Part shown: piece by piece, positions 52,097 to 64,000 of the stretch
How the letters are laid out: each line of letters begins with the position of its first letter
Position numbering within the stretch: position 1 is the stretch's first letter
Assembly: GCA_964016885.1 (NCBI GenBank)
Contig: OZ024743.1
Coordinates: forward strand, 122,326,001 to 122,390,000
Length of the DNA: 64,000 nt
Reading direction: 5' to 3'
Source: Eledone cirrhosa
Lineage: Eukaryota
The notes under the pieces: generated by a model
Seen by the model: the letters and a program-made list of their open reading frames with translations, nothing else
The model's database searches: none
Told to the model about the DNA's origin: nothing
Program-made: the position numbers and the translations under genes

Positions 52097-55019
52097 CAGT
52101 GTGTGTATAAGTGTGTGTGTGTGTATCAGTGTGTGTATAAGTGTGTGTATAAGTGTGTGTATGTGTGTGTGCATAGAGCAATAAAAAAACAGAAGTCTGG
52201 TCGATCTCCATCGATCAATCGACCCCCTGAAACGATCGTAAAACAATGGACTAACTACCTACCTACACCTGACTTCTGTTAATTTTCATATTAATCTATG
52301 CACATACACATATATGTAAATGACTCTGTAACCCAGACGGACTTTTTCGAGGATATCTTAGGCAGAGATCACCTACCACAATAACTACTGGTCACACTGC
52401 CGAATCTCGCTGCAACCATCCTTCCAAGGACACATTGAGTTCTAACAACGTTAGTATCCGAGATATGGTATTTTATAATAAACAAAAGACTTGACTTTTT
52501 AATTGTTTTAATTTTTAATAAAAAAACAAACAAAACTGCTATAAGTGTGCCCAAACAGTTTTTCTATTTTGTTTATGTTTTGCTTAACAAAGGTTTATAA
52601 TCAGGAAAAGACTTTATGCTCACCCTGTATATACTTATGTCTACAAACCCACGATATCATTGGTTTGAAGCCTTTTGTAATAAAGATAATAAATCTGCTA
52701 TAATGAGAAATCTATTAACATAATAGCAGTCATAAGCGTGTTAAATGTATTTTCTACCAGTATATTTTTAATTATTGATATTGCAAATAATCCAATGTAT
52801 ATGAGTGAACTGGCCAAAAATAGTTGTTCTTTAATATGATAATAATTTTTTAATATATAGAATATAATTGGTTTCTATTTTTCATAAAATACCAATGCGT
52901 TATTTGAAATTAAGGAGACGTTTTACAGAAAGTTTAAGCCATTTTAAAAAGTGTATTACAAGTTAAAAAATATATATAGAAATGATAAATCAAATGAATG
53001 CATGCGGAATTAGAATTGTTATTTAATCAAATACTCTTTTACTAGATCCACCACTATCACTGCTACCTCATAAGTGCTATCATCCTTCTCGCCATCAGCA
53101 TCAACTGTATAATTACTATAATTGCTATAACATCACATTTCCCTGTGGTTATCAGTTAAGTTGTTAATTAATGTGATTGCAAAATACATCGGGTTTAATA
53201 GAGTTAAATTGTTCTCATTATTCTTTATTGGAGTTGGTGAAACGATACACCCCGAATTATCTACTTTATAGTATAAAACTGCTGATTATCGCTTTAAAAG
53301 GCTGAATTGGATATATTCTTAGACATTCCTACACCAGTGTCACAAAAAGAGAAGAGTTGACGAAGAATAACCATCTTTCATTGAAGCATTATTCCATCAA
53401 TTATGCGATTGCTAAACAGCTTTCTTGACAGTAGACAAAAATACGCTAGATGCAAATCTACCATATTTGCGGAGCTGTTTCTTAAAGGGGCAATAAATAG
53501 ATATTTATTGAAAGTAATATAACAGTATAAGTTAAAGGGCTCTTAAATCATCATAGAATCGTAGAGGCACCGTCCTTATACATGGCATCTCTTGTGAATT
53601 TAAAACCTGCTGGAGCCCATTCCTCTCCAGGTCTACACGCAACCCATTTCTTCCAGAGAGAGATAGAGAGAGAGAAAGCGCGAGAGAGAGAGAGAGATAG
53701 AGAGAGAGAAAGCGAGAGAGAGAGAGAGAGATAGAGAGAGAGAGAGGAGAATCAACTCCAGTACTGGTAGTTTATTAGTCGACCTCGAACAGATGAAAGG
53801 CAAAGTTGAACTTGGTGGGATTTGTACTCTAAGTGCAGAGAGCCGGAACAAATTCCGAGGCATTTTGTTTTAATCCAACGCCCTTAAAACTCTGCTAATC
53901 CACTACCTTTTGAAAATAATATGAATAAACGACAAAAAATATATAAACAGATACACTTATCAAAGTATGATATGCATGAGAATCCTTGGCTTTGCAAACA
54001 ATGACTTTCAATTTACAAGTAGTAAGTTTATAGATGACGAGGCTCAAGATTAAGCGTTTACAAATGCTGATCGTATAAAAATACAGACTCTCTTTAATAC
54101 GAAGTCGGATAAACATGTATATAGATTAAACGAAATAGCTTAAGAGTATGTTATTCGAAATAGAATCCCCAAGAAATTTAATCTTTTAAAAATAATTTGT
54201 GGTTTGGGCATTTAAAAAATCAGGCGCAGTTGTCTCTCCAAGCCTGGTTGTGGCTAGGACTGGGGAGAGAAGAGTGAGGAACTGAAAGAAAAATCGTCAG
54301 GCATTTTGTTTTTTATCCCTTCGGGGTCTATGAATAAAATCGACCCTGCTGTGATATGAACTCAGTGTTCAGAGAGCCTGAATAAATACACCTTAATGAC
54401 TCTATCAATTCGTCGCCTTAAGCGATAAAATACTAAAATGAGAATATACTATTCTCTGCTGGAATACTGGACAGATTTAAGACGAGAAAACTATTTAAAT
54501 CATTTAGGAAATATTATCTTGAATAATTTCATGTGATATCTGTAGTAGTTGCAAATGTCCCAATATCATAGGAGCCACAATATGATAAAAATAGCAACTA
54601 AATGCCCCTAAATTTACACTTTACTGTATTAAATAAAAATGCTGCATTAGATAATGTAGCCATAAGTATACTATGTCTGATAAAGAAGCAGGAGGACTAC
54701 GACTAGAAAACTTTTAGTGGAATGTAGATATATGATTTCGTTAAGGCTTGCCAAAAATTCACAAAGATACACATACGTTTACTCATTGTGTTCCATTCAC
54801 ATAGGAGGGAAATAGATGTGGAAATAAAATTTCTTTAGGTTCTTATACACGTCTATCTACAGAAATAGCTGAAGTCTATATTTTAAAGAACACCAGAGAT
54901 TTTGAAATCTTTATTAGTGTCAACATTAAACACTCTTCTTAGTTACACATATGGATAGGGAGTAAATGTTGGGCAGGAATTTTATTTGTCAAATATTTAT
55001 AGTTTTATTCTAACAACTA

Positions 55020-55022
55020 TTT

Positions 55023-55102
<80 letters not shown>

Positions 55103-55103
55103 T
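55020..55103. repeat. (TTTC)n microsatellite
   Basis: Direct observation. Confidence 0.95.
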
Positions 55104-56611
55104 TAAAAGAGATAGGACCAATATTAGATATAGAAATCATTTAGCTTTAAGATATATACTGAATATTGAAAGTTGACATTCTCGATTCAATTCTTTGCAT
55201 ATTCCGAATGTTGTTTGTAATCAGCACGAACGATTTCTGGAACTTCATAACACTATGTTGCTTCTCAGTATATAAACTCTTTCTTTTCATTTTAATTCTA
55301 CAATGATTACAGGATTGTGTATCTAAAGATTCACATGGTAAAGATAGTGTTAGCATAATTGGAAATTCAGTTCTGTTTCATAAGAGGACAAAAATGTCAC
55401 AGCGTCTCAGTTGTACATAATGATGTGGTTTCTTTCATACTCCTGTTTCCTCAAGGCAAAACACTGAAGGTATTTAAGTAAGAAATAAAATACGTACGAC
55501 CAGTAATCGAAACCACACCGCTGACACTTCAATGGAAGTTTACGTGCAAATTTACATCACTATATTGATCTCATAATGATGAATATTAATAATTTCAGTT
55601 TGTAATGCAAACCAATTATCTCATTGATTTAATGTATTTTTTGTTGATGTTAACACTAGTCTCAAAAGTAACAATGATTTAAATGGCTGAAATGTTTTCT
55701 TGGCATGCATTCGATTTAAGTTGTTACAACATAAGTACTTTGATTTGCTACACCTCTCTCATTTCTGAAAATAATCAGCCATTAAGTATGAAACGTGTTG
55801 AATTGAAATGACGTGATCAGATGTTGTTCCTTGTTATTTGACCGGACGTGATTCATTTGACTGCAACGGAATTTACAATGATTAAGCATGACTACAAGTA
55901 CCTTTTAAAAAGGAAATTTATGTACTTTTATTGCCAATTTGGTAATTATTTTTTGACGTATTAAATGATTTCTCTTTATCAGCAAAATTATTGAATGAAA
56001 TAATTATCTTATTTACACCATCTTTCATCGATCTTTGAATATTTTAAAATTGTTTGCTTACCTTTGTATCATAAATTAAAACTCAAGAGTCAATGGCTTC
56101 AGAATTATCGAACGAACCGTTAGTTTACAATCACTAATAATTGATTTTCTGCCCATTAGTCACTGACAGGAAATACCTCTTCGTATAGCAATTAACAAAC
56201 GAAATAATGTTGGGTAGCTGCGATTTGTAACTATCGAACAATTAGTCTAAACTTTGTGCGAAATGTGTTAGCCTACACTGAACACCAGTAGTTATAACCT
56301 TCCCAAAAGATGTGAATGTGCAGTCCAATTGAGTACGATTCTCAAACCCTGATACAGAGTACCTCTACTTGGCTAAGGTAAATACTGTGAACTCCTCTAT
56401 TCAGTAGTTTATGATGTGTGATGCATTCTAGGTTGGTTATGACAAGCCAACAAAGGAGCCTCTATGTAATCATTCGATCTGTCGCTATTCTTTATCTATT
56501 CACTGTATGTCATAACGAGAAGGGCAAAAATATTGAAAAACCATGTATCAGTTAAATCTAAATATGTCTTTGATGATTTTGTGATATATATGTATGTATG
56601 AATGTAGGTAC

Positions 56612-56649
<38 letters not shown>

Positions 56650-56808
56650 GTGTGTGTGCATGCGCGTGTATATATGTATATATATATATTATGTATAGTA
56701 TATATATATATATAATGTATATATAAATATATAATATATATATATAATATATATATATAATATATGATATATATATATAATATATATATAAATATATAAT
56801 ATATATAT

Positions 56809-56854
<46 letters not shown>

Positions 56855-56989
56855 TATATGATCTGTATGTGTTGGTATTTTAACGATAGTTATAGCTCTG
56901 ATTTATCCAAATTATTGAGCCCTCTGCCACACATATCGGATATTGTTTATCGTGATTTCGTGGGCTGATATTCCGATTCTCGATTATTC

Positions 56990-57042
<53 letters not shown>

Positions 57043-57048
57043 ATATAA

Positions 57049-57222
57049 TGTGTGACGAAAGAACTTTGACAATATATGAACAACCGTCCGGTTGTGGAAC
57101 CAACCAACAGGAAATTTATAATTTTTTTTAAATTTATAATTTAATTTATAATAAATTGGAGTGAAGACAACTGGTGCGTGTGTTTCTTATTGGCAACATG
57201 ACCCTCCCAAAGTATAACAATA
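57049..57222 (+). mobile_element. Solo 3' end of the Nematis-like PLE family inside (TA)n
   Basis: Aligns to 59608-59790, with identical terminal CAACTGGTGCGTGTGTTTCTTATTGGCAACATGACCCTCCCAAAGTATAACAAT. Confidence 0.85.
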
Positions 57223-57411
57223 CATATATATATATATAGAGAGAGAGAGACAGGGGAAAACAATATATCGTTAAAGCTAATCCGATAAGAGGTTGTGAAA
57301 ACTACTTATGGATAGTTTAAGCGTACGGCGTTGTGTGACTCAACAAGAGGTTTACGTGGATGGCGAGTTAATGAGTTCACTTGTATTCCCATGTAAGTAT
57401 ATCTTGTAGTG

Positions 57412-58760
57412 ATAAAATTGAAAAAGTGAAGAATAACATGGTCAACTGTACAAACAAGGAAATTTATTTACAGTCTAACAATTATTTCTATGATAGAGAT
57501 GTCTAGAAATTGCTAAACACTGAAGGTAGTGGCACTTAAAATACATGCAACCTCTATCATTTCGTCAGAAAATAATAGGAAATACAAAATATATGCGTAA
57601 CGGTAAATTTATAAATTCAAATTACCACATCAATAATGATATTAATAATAAAGATATAGAGAGAAATAAAGGAAGGGAGACAGATGGAAAGGAGGGGTGG
57701 GGGGAGAAAGACGAAAGAGAAAACGAAAATACAGTTATATGCACAACCGGCAAAATTACGAAATCAAACTATCACATCAAAGTAAAAATAATATTGATAG
57801 AAAGAAGGGAGGGATAGATGTAGTAAAGGTAGAGAAGAAAAAGAAGGATGAAGAAGGAACAAGAGAAAGAGATAGAGAAAGATGAAGAGGGAAACAGAAA
57901 AACAGGTAGAGACATCATGTGGAAGACAGAAGAATTAAGGCGTACGACCATATGAGTAATTGTTGATGAATGAGAGAAGACGGAAGATAATCAGACAGAC
58001 GAATATACGTTAATACAAGAATGAAAGCAAGTAAAAATAGAGATTTAAGCATAGAAACAAATAAATAAATAAATAAATAAATAAGTAAATAAATAAATAA
58101 ATAAATAAAAAGATAAATAAATAAATAAAAAGATGGATGAGTGAATAAACAATTTACATCTAATATTATATAAAATGGTATAGTATCTGAAACGTAGAGA
58201 TGAGAATAAATAAATAAATGCGTTGAAGAGACTAATAAGAGTAATATTAATGTTGTTAATGTTATTGTGAATAGTTATTGATGATTATTAAATGTGGATA
58301 GATGTTAAGTTGAAAATATCATAATATTGGATATATTTATGTGTATTGGATATTTTAGTAAGTAAATTAACTAGTTTAAGATGCATTATATGATAGAATT
58401 TCGTAATTTTGCCGGTTGTGCATATAACTGTATTTTCGTTTTCTCTTTCGTCTTTCTTTTCCCCCCGCCTTTCCATCTGTCCCCCTTCCTTTATTTCTCT
58501 CTATATCTTTATTATTAATATCATTATTGATATGGTAATTTGAATTTATAAATTTACCGTTACGCATATATTTTGTATTTTCTATTAGTCTCGGACGAAA
58601 TGATGGGGGGTTGCATGTATTTTAAATTGAGTGCAACTACCTTCAGTGTTTAGCAATTTTTAGACATCTCTATCATGGAAACAATTGTTAGACTGTAAAT
58701 ACATTTCCTTGTTTGCACTGTTGACCACTTTTGTACTGTTGACTTCACTTTTTCAATTTT
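57412..58760. repeat. About 350-bp inverted repeat (57412-57765 vs 58397-58760), probable non-coding PLE remnant
   Basis: Reverse-complement arms (the same peptide appears in ORFs 57545 + and 58376 -); the right arm ends in (TA)n. Confidence 0.8.
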
Positions 58761-58802
58761 ATATATATATATATATATATTTCGTTTCTGAATTTATTGC
58801 TA

Positions 58803-59369
58803 TCATGGTATGATAGCAATAAATACCAGAGTGTAATGTTCACCAATACAACCCCTAGAGGCGAACTAGCCTATAAATTTAGAAGGGCCCTAAATAAACA
58901 TAAACTCAATATTAAGATAGTAGAAAGACCAGGTACCTCCGTAAAAACACTTATTAGCAAGACATACCCGTTCCAAAGACCCTCATGTATAGATAAGAAA
59001 TGTATAACCTGTAAAATAAGCCCCCATATTAACTGTAAAACTAGAAATGTAGTGTATAGCATAAGATGTACTGAAGGACAATGTAGAAACAAAAATATAG
59101 TGTACATAGGTGAGACAGCTCGTAGTATAGGGGAACGAATAAATGAACACTGGCGAGACCTTCAAGATAATAAAGAATCATCTGTGCTCTACCAACATGC
59201 TAAGATAGAACACAAGGGTAAATTAGAGAACATAGAAATAAAAATAGAATCCACACACAGAAAAGATGCAATGTTCAGGAAAATTACAGAGGCAGTAAGC
59301 ATAAAAGAATTACAACCAAAATTAAATAGAAAATATGAGTGGAACAGCAACATCACAACTTACAATTAA
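58803..59369 (+). CDS. PLE GIY-YIG endonuclease domain (truncated ORF)
   Basis: CIDKKCITC knuckle; NVVYSIRC...C...VYIGETARSIGERINEH...H...EAVSI...LNRKYEW. Confidence 0.88.
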   Translation, partial: SWYDSNKYQSVMFTNTTPRGELAYKFRRALNKHKLNIKIVERPGTSVKTLISKTYPFQRPSCIDKKCITCKISPHINCKTRNVVYSIRCTEGQCRNKNIVYIGETARSIGERINEHWRDLQDNKESSVLYQHAKIEHKGKLENIEIKIESTHRKDAMFRKITEAVSIKELQPKLNRKYEWNSNITTYN

Positions 59370-59585
59370 GGACAAAATGAAGACACACACACACATAGAA
59401 CAAACAACCAACCAACAACATGTAAATAAATAAATAAATAAATAAACAAATAGATAAATGAACACAAACACACACAGACACCCGGATGTGGCGCATGCGC
59501 AAACTGAGCACACAACACACACACAGAAACAAAATGGCGTAGGACAGAAGAAAGGAAAGGCACAGAAACAAAGAAAGGAATCCCC

Positions 59586-59630
59586 AGTCACTGAAGAGGT
59601 CACAGAGTGTGTGACGAAAGGACTATGACT
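59586..59630 (+). ncRNA. Minimal type I hammerhead ribozyme
   Basis: Stem I AGTCA/TGACT; CTGAAGA; stem II GTCACA/TGTGAC; GAAA; minimal stem III AGGACT; CUA triplet. Confidence 0.8.
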
Positions 59631-59784
59631 ATATATAAACAACTATCTGGTTGTGGAACCAACCAACCAGAAATTTATAAGTTTGTAGATTTGTAAATTT
59701 ATAAATTTATAAATATATAATAAATTGAAGTGAAAGCAACTGGTGCGTGTGTTTCTTATTGGCAACATGACCCTCCCAAAGTAT

Positions 59785-59852
<68 letters not shown>

Positions 59853-59854
59853 TC

Positions 59855-59994
59855 TAGTCCAGAAATAGCCGCCAAAACGGCTTGAGCTCTGCCGTCGGGG
59901 TCATACATTTTCCTATTACCCACTCTACTACCCTAAGTATTGAGTACTCAGATGCGTAATGGTCCATCTGGTTCCTTACCACAACTCCTTCGTT
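59855..59994 (+). mobile_element. Short PLE-type 3'-end fragment in (TA)n, same family as 62487-62669
   Basis: Matches the reverse complement of 62487-62610. Confidence 0.65.
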
Positions 59995-60065
59995 ATATAT
60001 ATATATATATATATATAATCCTTATCGAGCCCTCTTTGGATTTTAGTTTTCACATTTATTATTAC

Positions 60066-60098
<33 letters not shown>

Positions 60099-60116
60099 TT
60101 AAACTTTAATCTGTTA

Positions 60117-60269
<153 letters not shown>

Positions 60270-60380
60270 TGGCAGAACACGGTTTAAACCGTTAAGGTGA
60301 AACAAATTGTCCTCGGGAATGGTTTAATAACTGTTGTGGAACTACTTCTCTCTGTATATATATATATATATATATATATA

Positions 60381-62431
60381 GTAATAATAATAAAATTGAA
60401 GACTAAAATCCAAAGAGGGCTCGATAAGGAAAATATATATCAAATATATAAGAACCGTAGAGCAAATATTTATTAAAATAACAGATTAAAGTTTAAGCAA
60501 AGAATCGCTGCTTTCACCCTTAACGGGATCTTCTGAAACTAACAAAGTCAATCCGTAAACGCAGAACTGGATATTTCAAAAAACGTTGCAACCGGAGGAA
60601 GACAGGAAGACGATACTTTGGTTCGTGGTAACGTTCCCTGGCAAAGAACGGGAAAAAACGAATAATACGTCATTAATAGGAGCGGTGAAAAACAATTACG
60701 CGCAAAGACAGAACCACGTTTATGGTATAAAAGAGGTCGTAGACTAATGTTCTCTTAGGTGGTGCATAGAGACGTTCTCTGGCAATGAACGAAAAAACGA
60801 AGATAATAAGTCATATGTGGAGCGTGGAGAACAATAGCACGCAAAGACAAAACCACGTAAATGGTATAGCAGAAGTCGTAGACTAAAATTCTAACTAGGA
60901 GACCAAATGAATCTCCGCTACAGAGTTAAGAACAAAGTAAATAAATAGAATACAGAAGTAATAGAAACAAATAAATACATACACGCAAACAGATACGTAC
61001 ATACACAAGCATACGCAAAACCTTACCATAGGTATACAAAACCACGCACATATAAATATGTGCGTGTGTGTATGCTTGTGTACAAATAAATAAATAATTA
61101 TATAAACGTATATAAGTAAATAAATACGTATATAACAAGCGCACACACATACCTACAAATAAATACACGAATGTTCGGAGACGTAAGTCAACTAAAACAA
61201 GAAGTACACATATACACACACCCACCATACGTACGAACCTGCATACTCACGCAGACGCAAAACTCCCGTATACACATAGCCAAACCCTAAATACCATAAT
61301 ATGTAAAAATTATACGCCATAACAGTCAAATATACGTACGAGAAGGTATACATACCTTCACAAAACATACGGGTAATATATACTTACCTATGCAAATAAG
61401 TAAAGGAATAAACAAAACATATACTTAGCTCCCACATCAAGACGTAAAATATCCACGTATAGATCGTGCTATCCGTTAGGGTATAACGTGGGGCTGTAAT
61501 ACAGGAAAGTTTTGTGCAATTTATGTTTACAAGCCGAAATTGCCTCAGATTTTTTGTTTAAGATGTGGTCTGTGGCGTAGAATATTTTCCAGGGCCTCAG
61601 CGGCGCAGAGGTCACATGGTCTTTTATTTCCGTTATACGATCTAGCCCTAGCTAGGATCTCCCAGTGTAACTTATATTGGGTGTGGTTGTCTTTTAGACT
61701 CCAGATATAAGCTGAAAGTGACGTCATATTCCTTCTTAGAGGGTAACGAAAAGAATGGGTATGCATGTAAAGACGCTGCTTGAAACCATTGACGGTTAAC
61801 CCTATGTAGGCCCTACGGGACGTGGGTGTTACAACCTTACATTTGTAGACAATGTTACTAGAGAGGCATTTCCCGGATAGGGGGCAGTCAGCCCGATTCC
61901 TACAATTACAGTTAGTACTAACTACAGGGTTGCACGTATTACAGCCTCACGTTATACCCTAACGGATAGCATGATCTATACGTGGATATTTTACGTCTTG
62001 ATGTGGGAGCTAAGAATTTTAGTCTACGACTTCTGCTATACCATTTACGTGGTTTTGTCTTTGCGTGCTATTGTTCTCCACGCTCCACATATGACTTATT
62101 ATCTTCGTTTTTTCTTTCATTGCCAGAGAACGTCTCTATGCACCACCTAAGAGAACATTAGTCTACGACCTCTTTTATACCATAAACGTGGTTCTGTCTT
62201 TGCGCGTAATTGTTTTTCACCGCTCCTATTAATGACGTATTATTCGTTTTTTCCCGTTCTTTGCCAGCGAATGTTTCCACGAACCAAAGTATCGTCTTCC
62301 TGTCTTCCTCCGGTTGCAACGTTTTTTGAAGTATCCAGTTCTGCGTTTACAGATTGACTTTGTTAGTTTCAGAAGATCCCATTAAGGGTGAAAGCAGCGA
62401 TTCTTTGCTTAAACTTTAATCTGTTATTTTA

Positions 62432-62440
<9 letters not shown>
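60381..62440 (-). mobile_element. 5'-truncated Naiad-like PLE with inverted pLTR copy, in (TA)n
   Basis: GIY-YIG relic; 61936-62438 is the reverse complement of 61424-61502 joined to 60466-60890; (TA)n on both sides. Confidence 0.88.
61470..61920 (-). pseudogene. Naiad-type GIY-YIG endonuclease with one frameshift
   Basis: CNCRNRADCPLSGKCL (CxCx5C), NIVYKC...YIGLT..GFKQRLYMH..SF...TSLSAYIWSLK...CDLCAAE, then LNKKSEAISACKH in a shifted frame. Confidence 0.85.
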
Positions 62441-62486
<46 letters not shown>

Positions 62487-62487
<1 letters not shown>

Positions 62488-62669
62488 CGAGGGAAAAGTG
62501 GTAATGAACCAGGTGGACCATAACGCACCAAAGTACTCAATACTTAGGGTAGTAGAGTGGGTAATAGGAGTAAGTAAGACCCCGACGGCTGAGCTCAAGC
62601 CGTTTCGACGTACAGAATTAGCCGTCGAAACGGCTTGAGCTCAGCCGTCGGGGTCTTACTTACTCCTAT
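62487..62669. mobile_element. Miniature fold-back PLE-type insertion with a perfect 47-bp inverted repeat, in (TA)n
   Basis: 62564-62610 is the exact reverse complement of 62623-62669; contains the hammerhead 3' half GAAACGGCT-tgagctc-AGCCGTC. Confidence 0.7.
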
Positions 62670-62690
62670 ATATATATATATATATATATA

Positions 62691-63965
62691 CATGGGTTGG
62701 ACAAAATAATGGAAACACCTAGCATCATATCATCATAATTTTGAAATATCTATAAAACCGTCAAAAGCTTGTTTATTTTTATGGTTTTTGATTTATAATT
62801 AGGGTTGCTTAATATGTTTTGTTAAAATTGCTGTTTCTCTTCAGATATCATCAGAAAAACGTAACTAAAATTCATTAAAATGACAGATCTATCGGACTTT
62901 CAAAGAGGTCAAATTGTTGGTGTTCGTATGGCAGACGCTAGCGTAACGAAAACAGCCGAAATGTTTGGTGTATCAAGAAGTACTGTCTCGAAAGTAATAA
63001 CAGCCTTTGAGAAAGAGGGAAAAACCTCCTCGTCGAAACAAAACTCCGGAAGAAAACCAAAACTTTCAGATAGGGACCGTCGGACTCTTACGCGAATTGT
63101 TAGAAAGGATAAAAAAAAGTACAGCTCCCAAAATTACTGCAGAGCTTAATGACCACCTCGAGACCCCAGTTCCCACAAAAACTGTTTGCGGGGAGCTGCA
63201 CAAAGCCGGATTTCACGGGAGGGCTGCAATCAGAAAACCACTACTTTCAAAAACAAACGCTGCAAAGTGTTTAGAGTGGAGTAAAAACCTACAGAGTTGG
63301 TCCCTAGAGCAGTGGAAGAATGTTATTTTCTCGGACGAGTCATCCTTTACCTTATTTCCGACTACCAGCCGAGTATATGTGTGGAGACAGCCAAAAGAAG
63401 CATTTGACCCAGACTGCCTTCTTCCAACTGTTAAACATGGAGGAGGATGTGTGATGATCTGGGGAGCTATATCTTGGAAATCCGCCGGTCCAATGGTTTC
63501 CCTTCATGGCAGAATAAATAGTCAAGACTATTTAAGCATTTTATCCGATCAAATTCATCCCATGGTTGCGGAACTGTTTCCAGAGGGAAACGCAAACTTT
63601 CAGGATGATAATGCACCAATTCACACAGCTAAAGTTGTTACTGAATGGCACGAGGAACATTCTAGTGAAGTTGAACATCTTATCTGGCCACCACAGTCCC
63701 CAGATCTCAATATTATTGAACATTTATGGTGCATTTTAGAAAAATCAAGTAAGGAGTCGATATCCTCCACCATCATCACTACAAGAAGTGGAGACTGTTT
63801 TAGCTGAAGAATGGACAACAATTCCTTTGGAAACAATTCAAACTTTGTACGAGTCCATACCTCGTAGAATCCAAGCTGTAATTACTGCCAAAGGCGGTCC
63901 TACCCCATATTAAAATAAATTTGTTTGAAATTTTAAGGTGTTTCCATTATTTTGTCCAACCCCTG
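62691..63965 (+). mobile_element. Full-length Tc1-like DNA transposon (DD36E), 1275 bp, 30-bp TIRs, TA target
   Basis: TIRs 62691-62720 and 63936-63965 (one mismatch), TA on both sides. Confidence 0.95.
62880..63913 (+). pseudogene. Tc1 transposase with two frameshifts
   Basis: MTDLSDFQRGQIVG HTH, GRKPKL, VIFSDES, FQDDNAPIH, SPDLNIIEHLW; frameshifts near 63115 and 63742. Confidence 0.92.
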
Positions 63966-64000
63966 TATATATGTGTGTGTATATATATATATCTATATAT

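Larger units (their letters stand above)
58781..59790 (+). mobile_element. 5'-truncated Penelope-like element (Nematis-like) in (TA)n
   Basis: GIY-YIG ORF, hammerhead in the 3' UTR, (TA)n on both sides. Confidence 0.88.

Noticed and set aside
58644-58696. CAGTGT...GAAACAATTGTT-AGACTG resembling hammerhead stems I and III
   Set aside because: The core reads TTAGCAA and no stem II forms.
61545-61547. TGA in the Naiad endonuclease as a possible selenocysteine codon (some Naiads encode selenoproteins)
   Set aside because: The conserved LNKKSE...CKH continues in another frame, so the TGA results from a frameshift; the conserved cysteines use TGT/TGC and I see no convincing SECIS.
62365-62405. 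Hammerhead-like CAGAAGA-tCCC..GGGt-GAAAGC in the Naiad pLTR (also 60501-60540 on the minus strand)
   Set aside because: U4 is replaced by A and there is no proper UH triplet in either copy; probably a degenerate ribozyme, so not called.

Overview
Eukaryotic, AT-rich, microsatellite-dense non-genic (intronic or intergenic) DNA, probably from a coleoid cephalopod such as Octopus (inferred from the SINE and LINE content, not proven). No intact host gene can be supported; almost all long ORFs are translations of microsatellites or decayed transposons. Contents: (1) Penelope-like elements (PLEs) with GIY-YIG endonucleases from apparently three clades (Neptune-like at 4.3-7.0 kb, Nematis-like at 58.8-59.8 kb, Naiad-like at 8.9-10.3 kb and 60.4-62.4 kb), most embedded in (TA)n, with inverted 5' ends and at least six hammerhead ribozyme motifs, one a U3-A8 core variant; (2) three Tx1/L1-clade LINEs in (ATT)n or (TATC)n; (3) R4/Dong, CRE and HERO-like LINEs, three RTE fragments and a CR1-like fragment; (4) two mariner relics and a near-intact DD36E Tc1 element with 30-bp TIRs; (5) about 17 copies of a tRNA-derived SINE and two CORE-type SINEs; (6) a head-to-tail stack of four divergent, non-coding, structured elements each ending in (ATGT)n at 47.8-50.0 kb. 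The most interesting signals are this (ATGT)n-tailed stack, the partitioning of retroelement families among microsatellite types, the PLE ribozymes and fold-back 5' ends, and a Naiad inverted copy that lacks an intron-like 533-nt segment.
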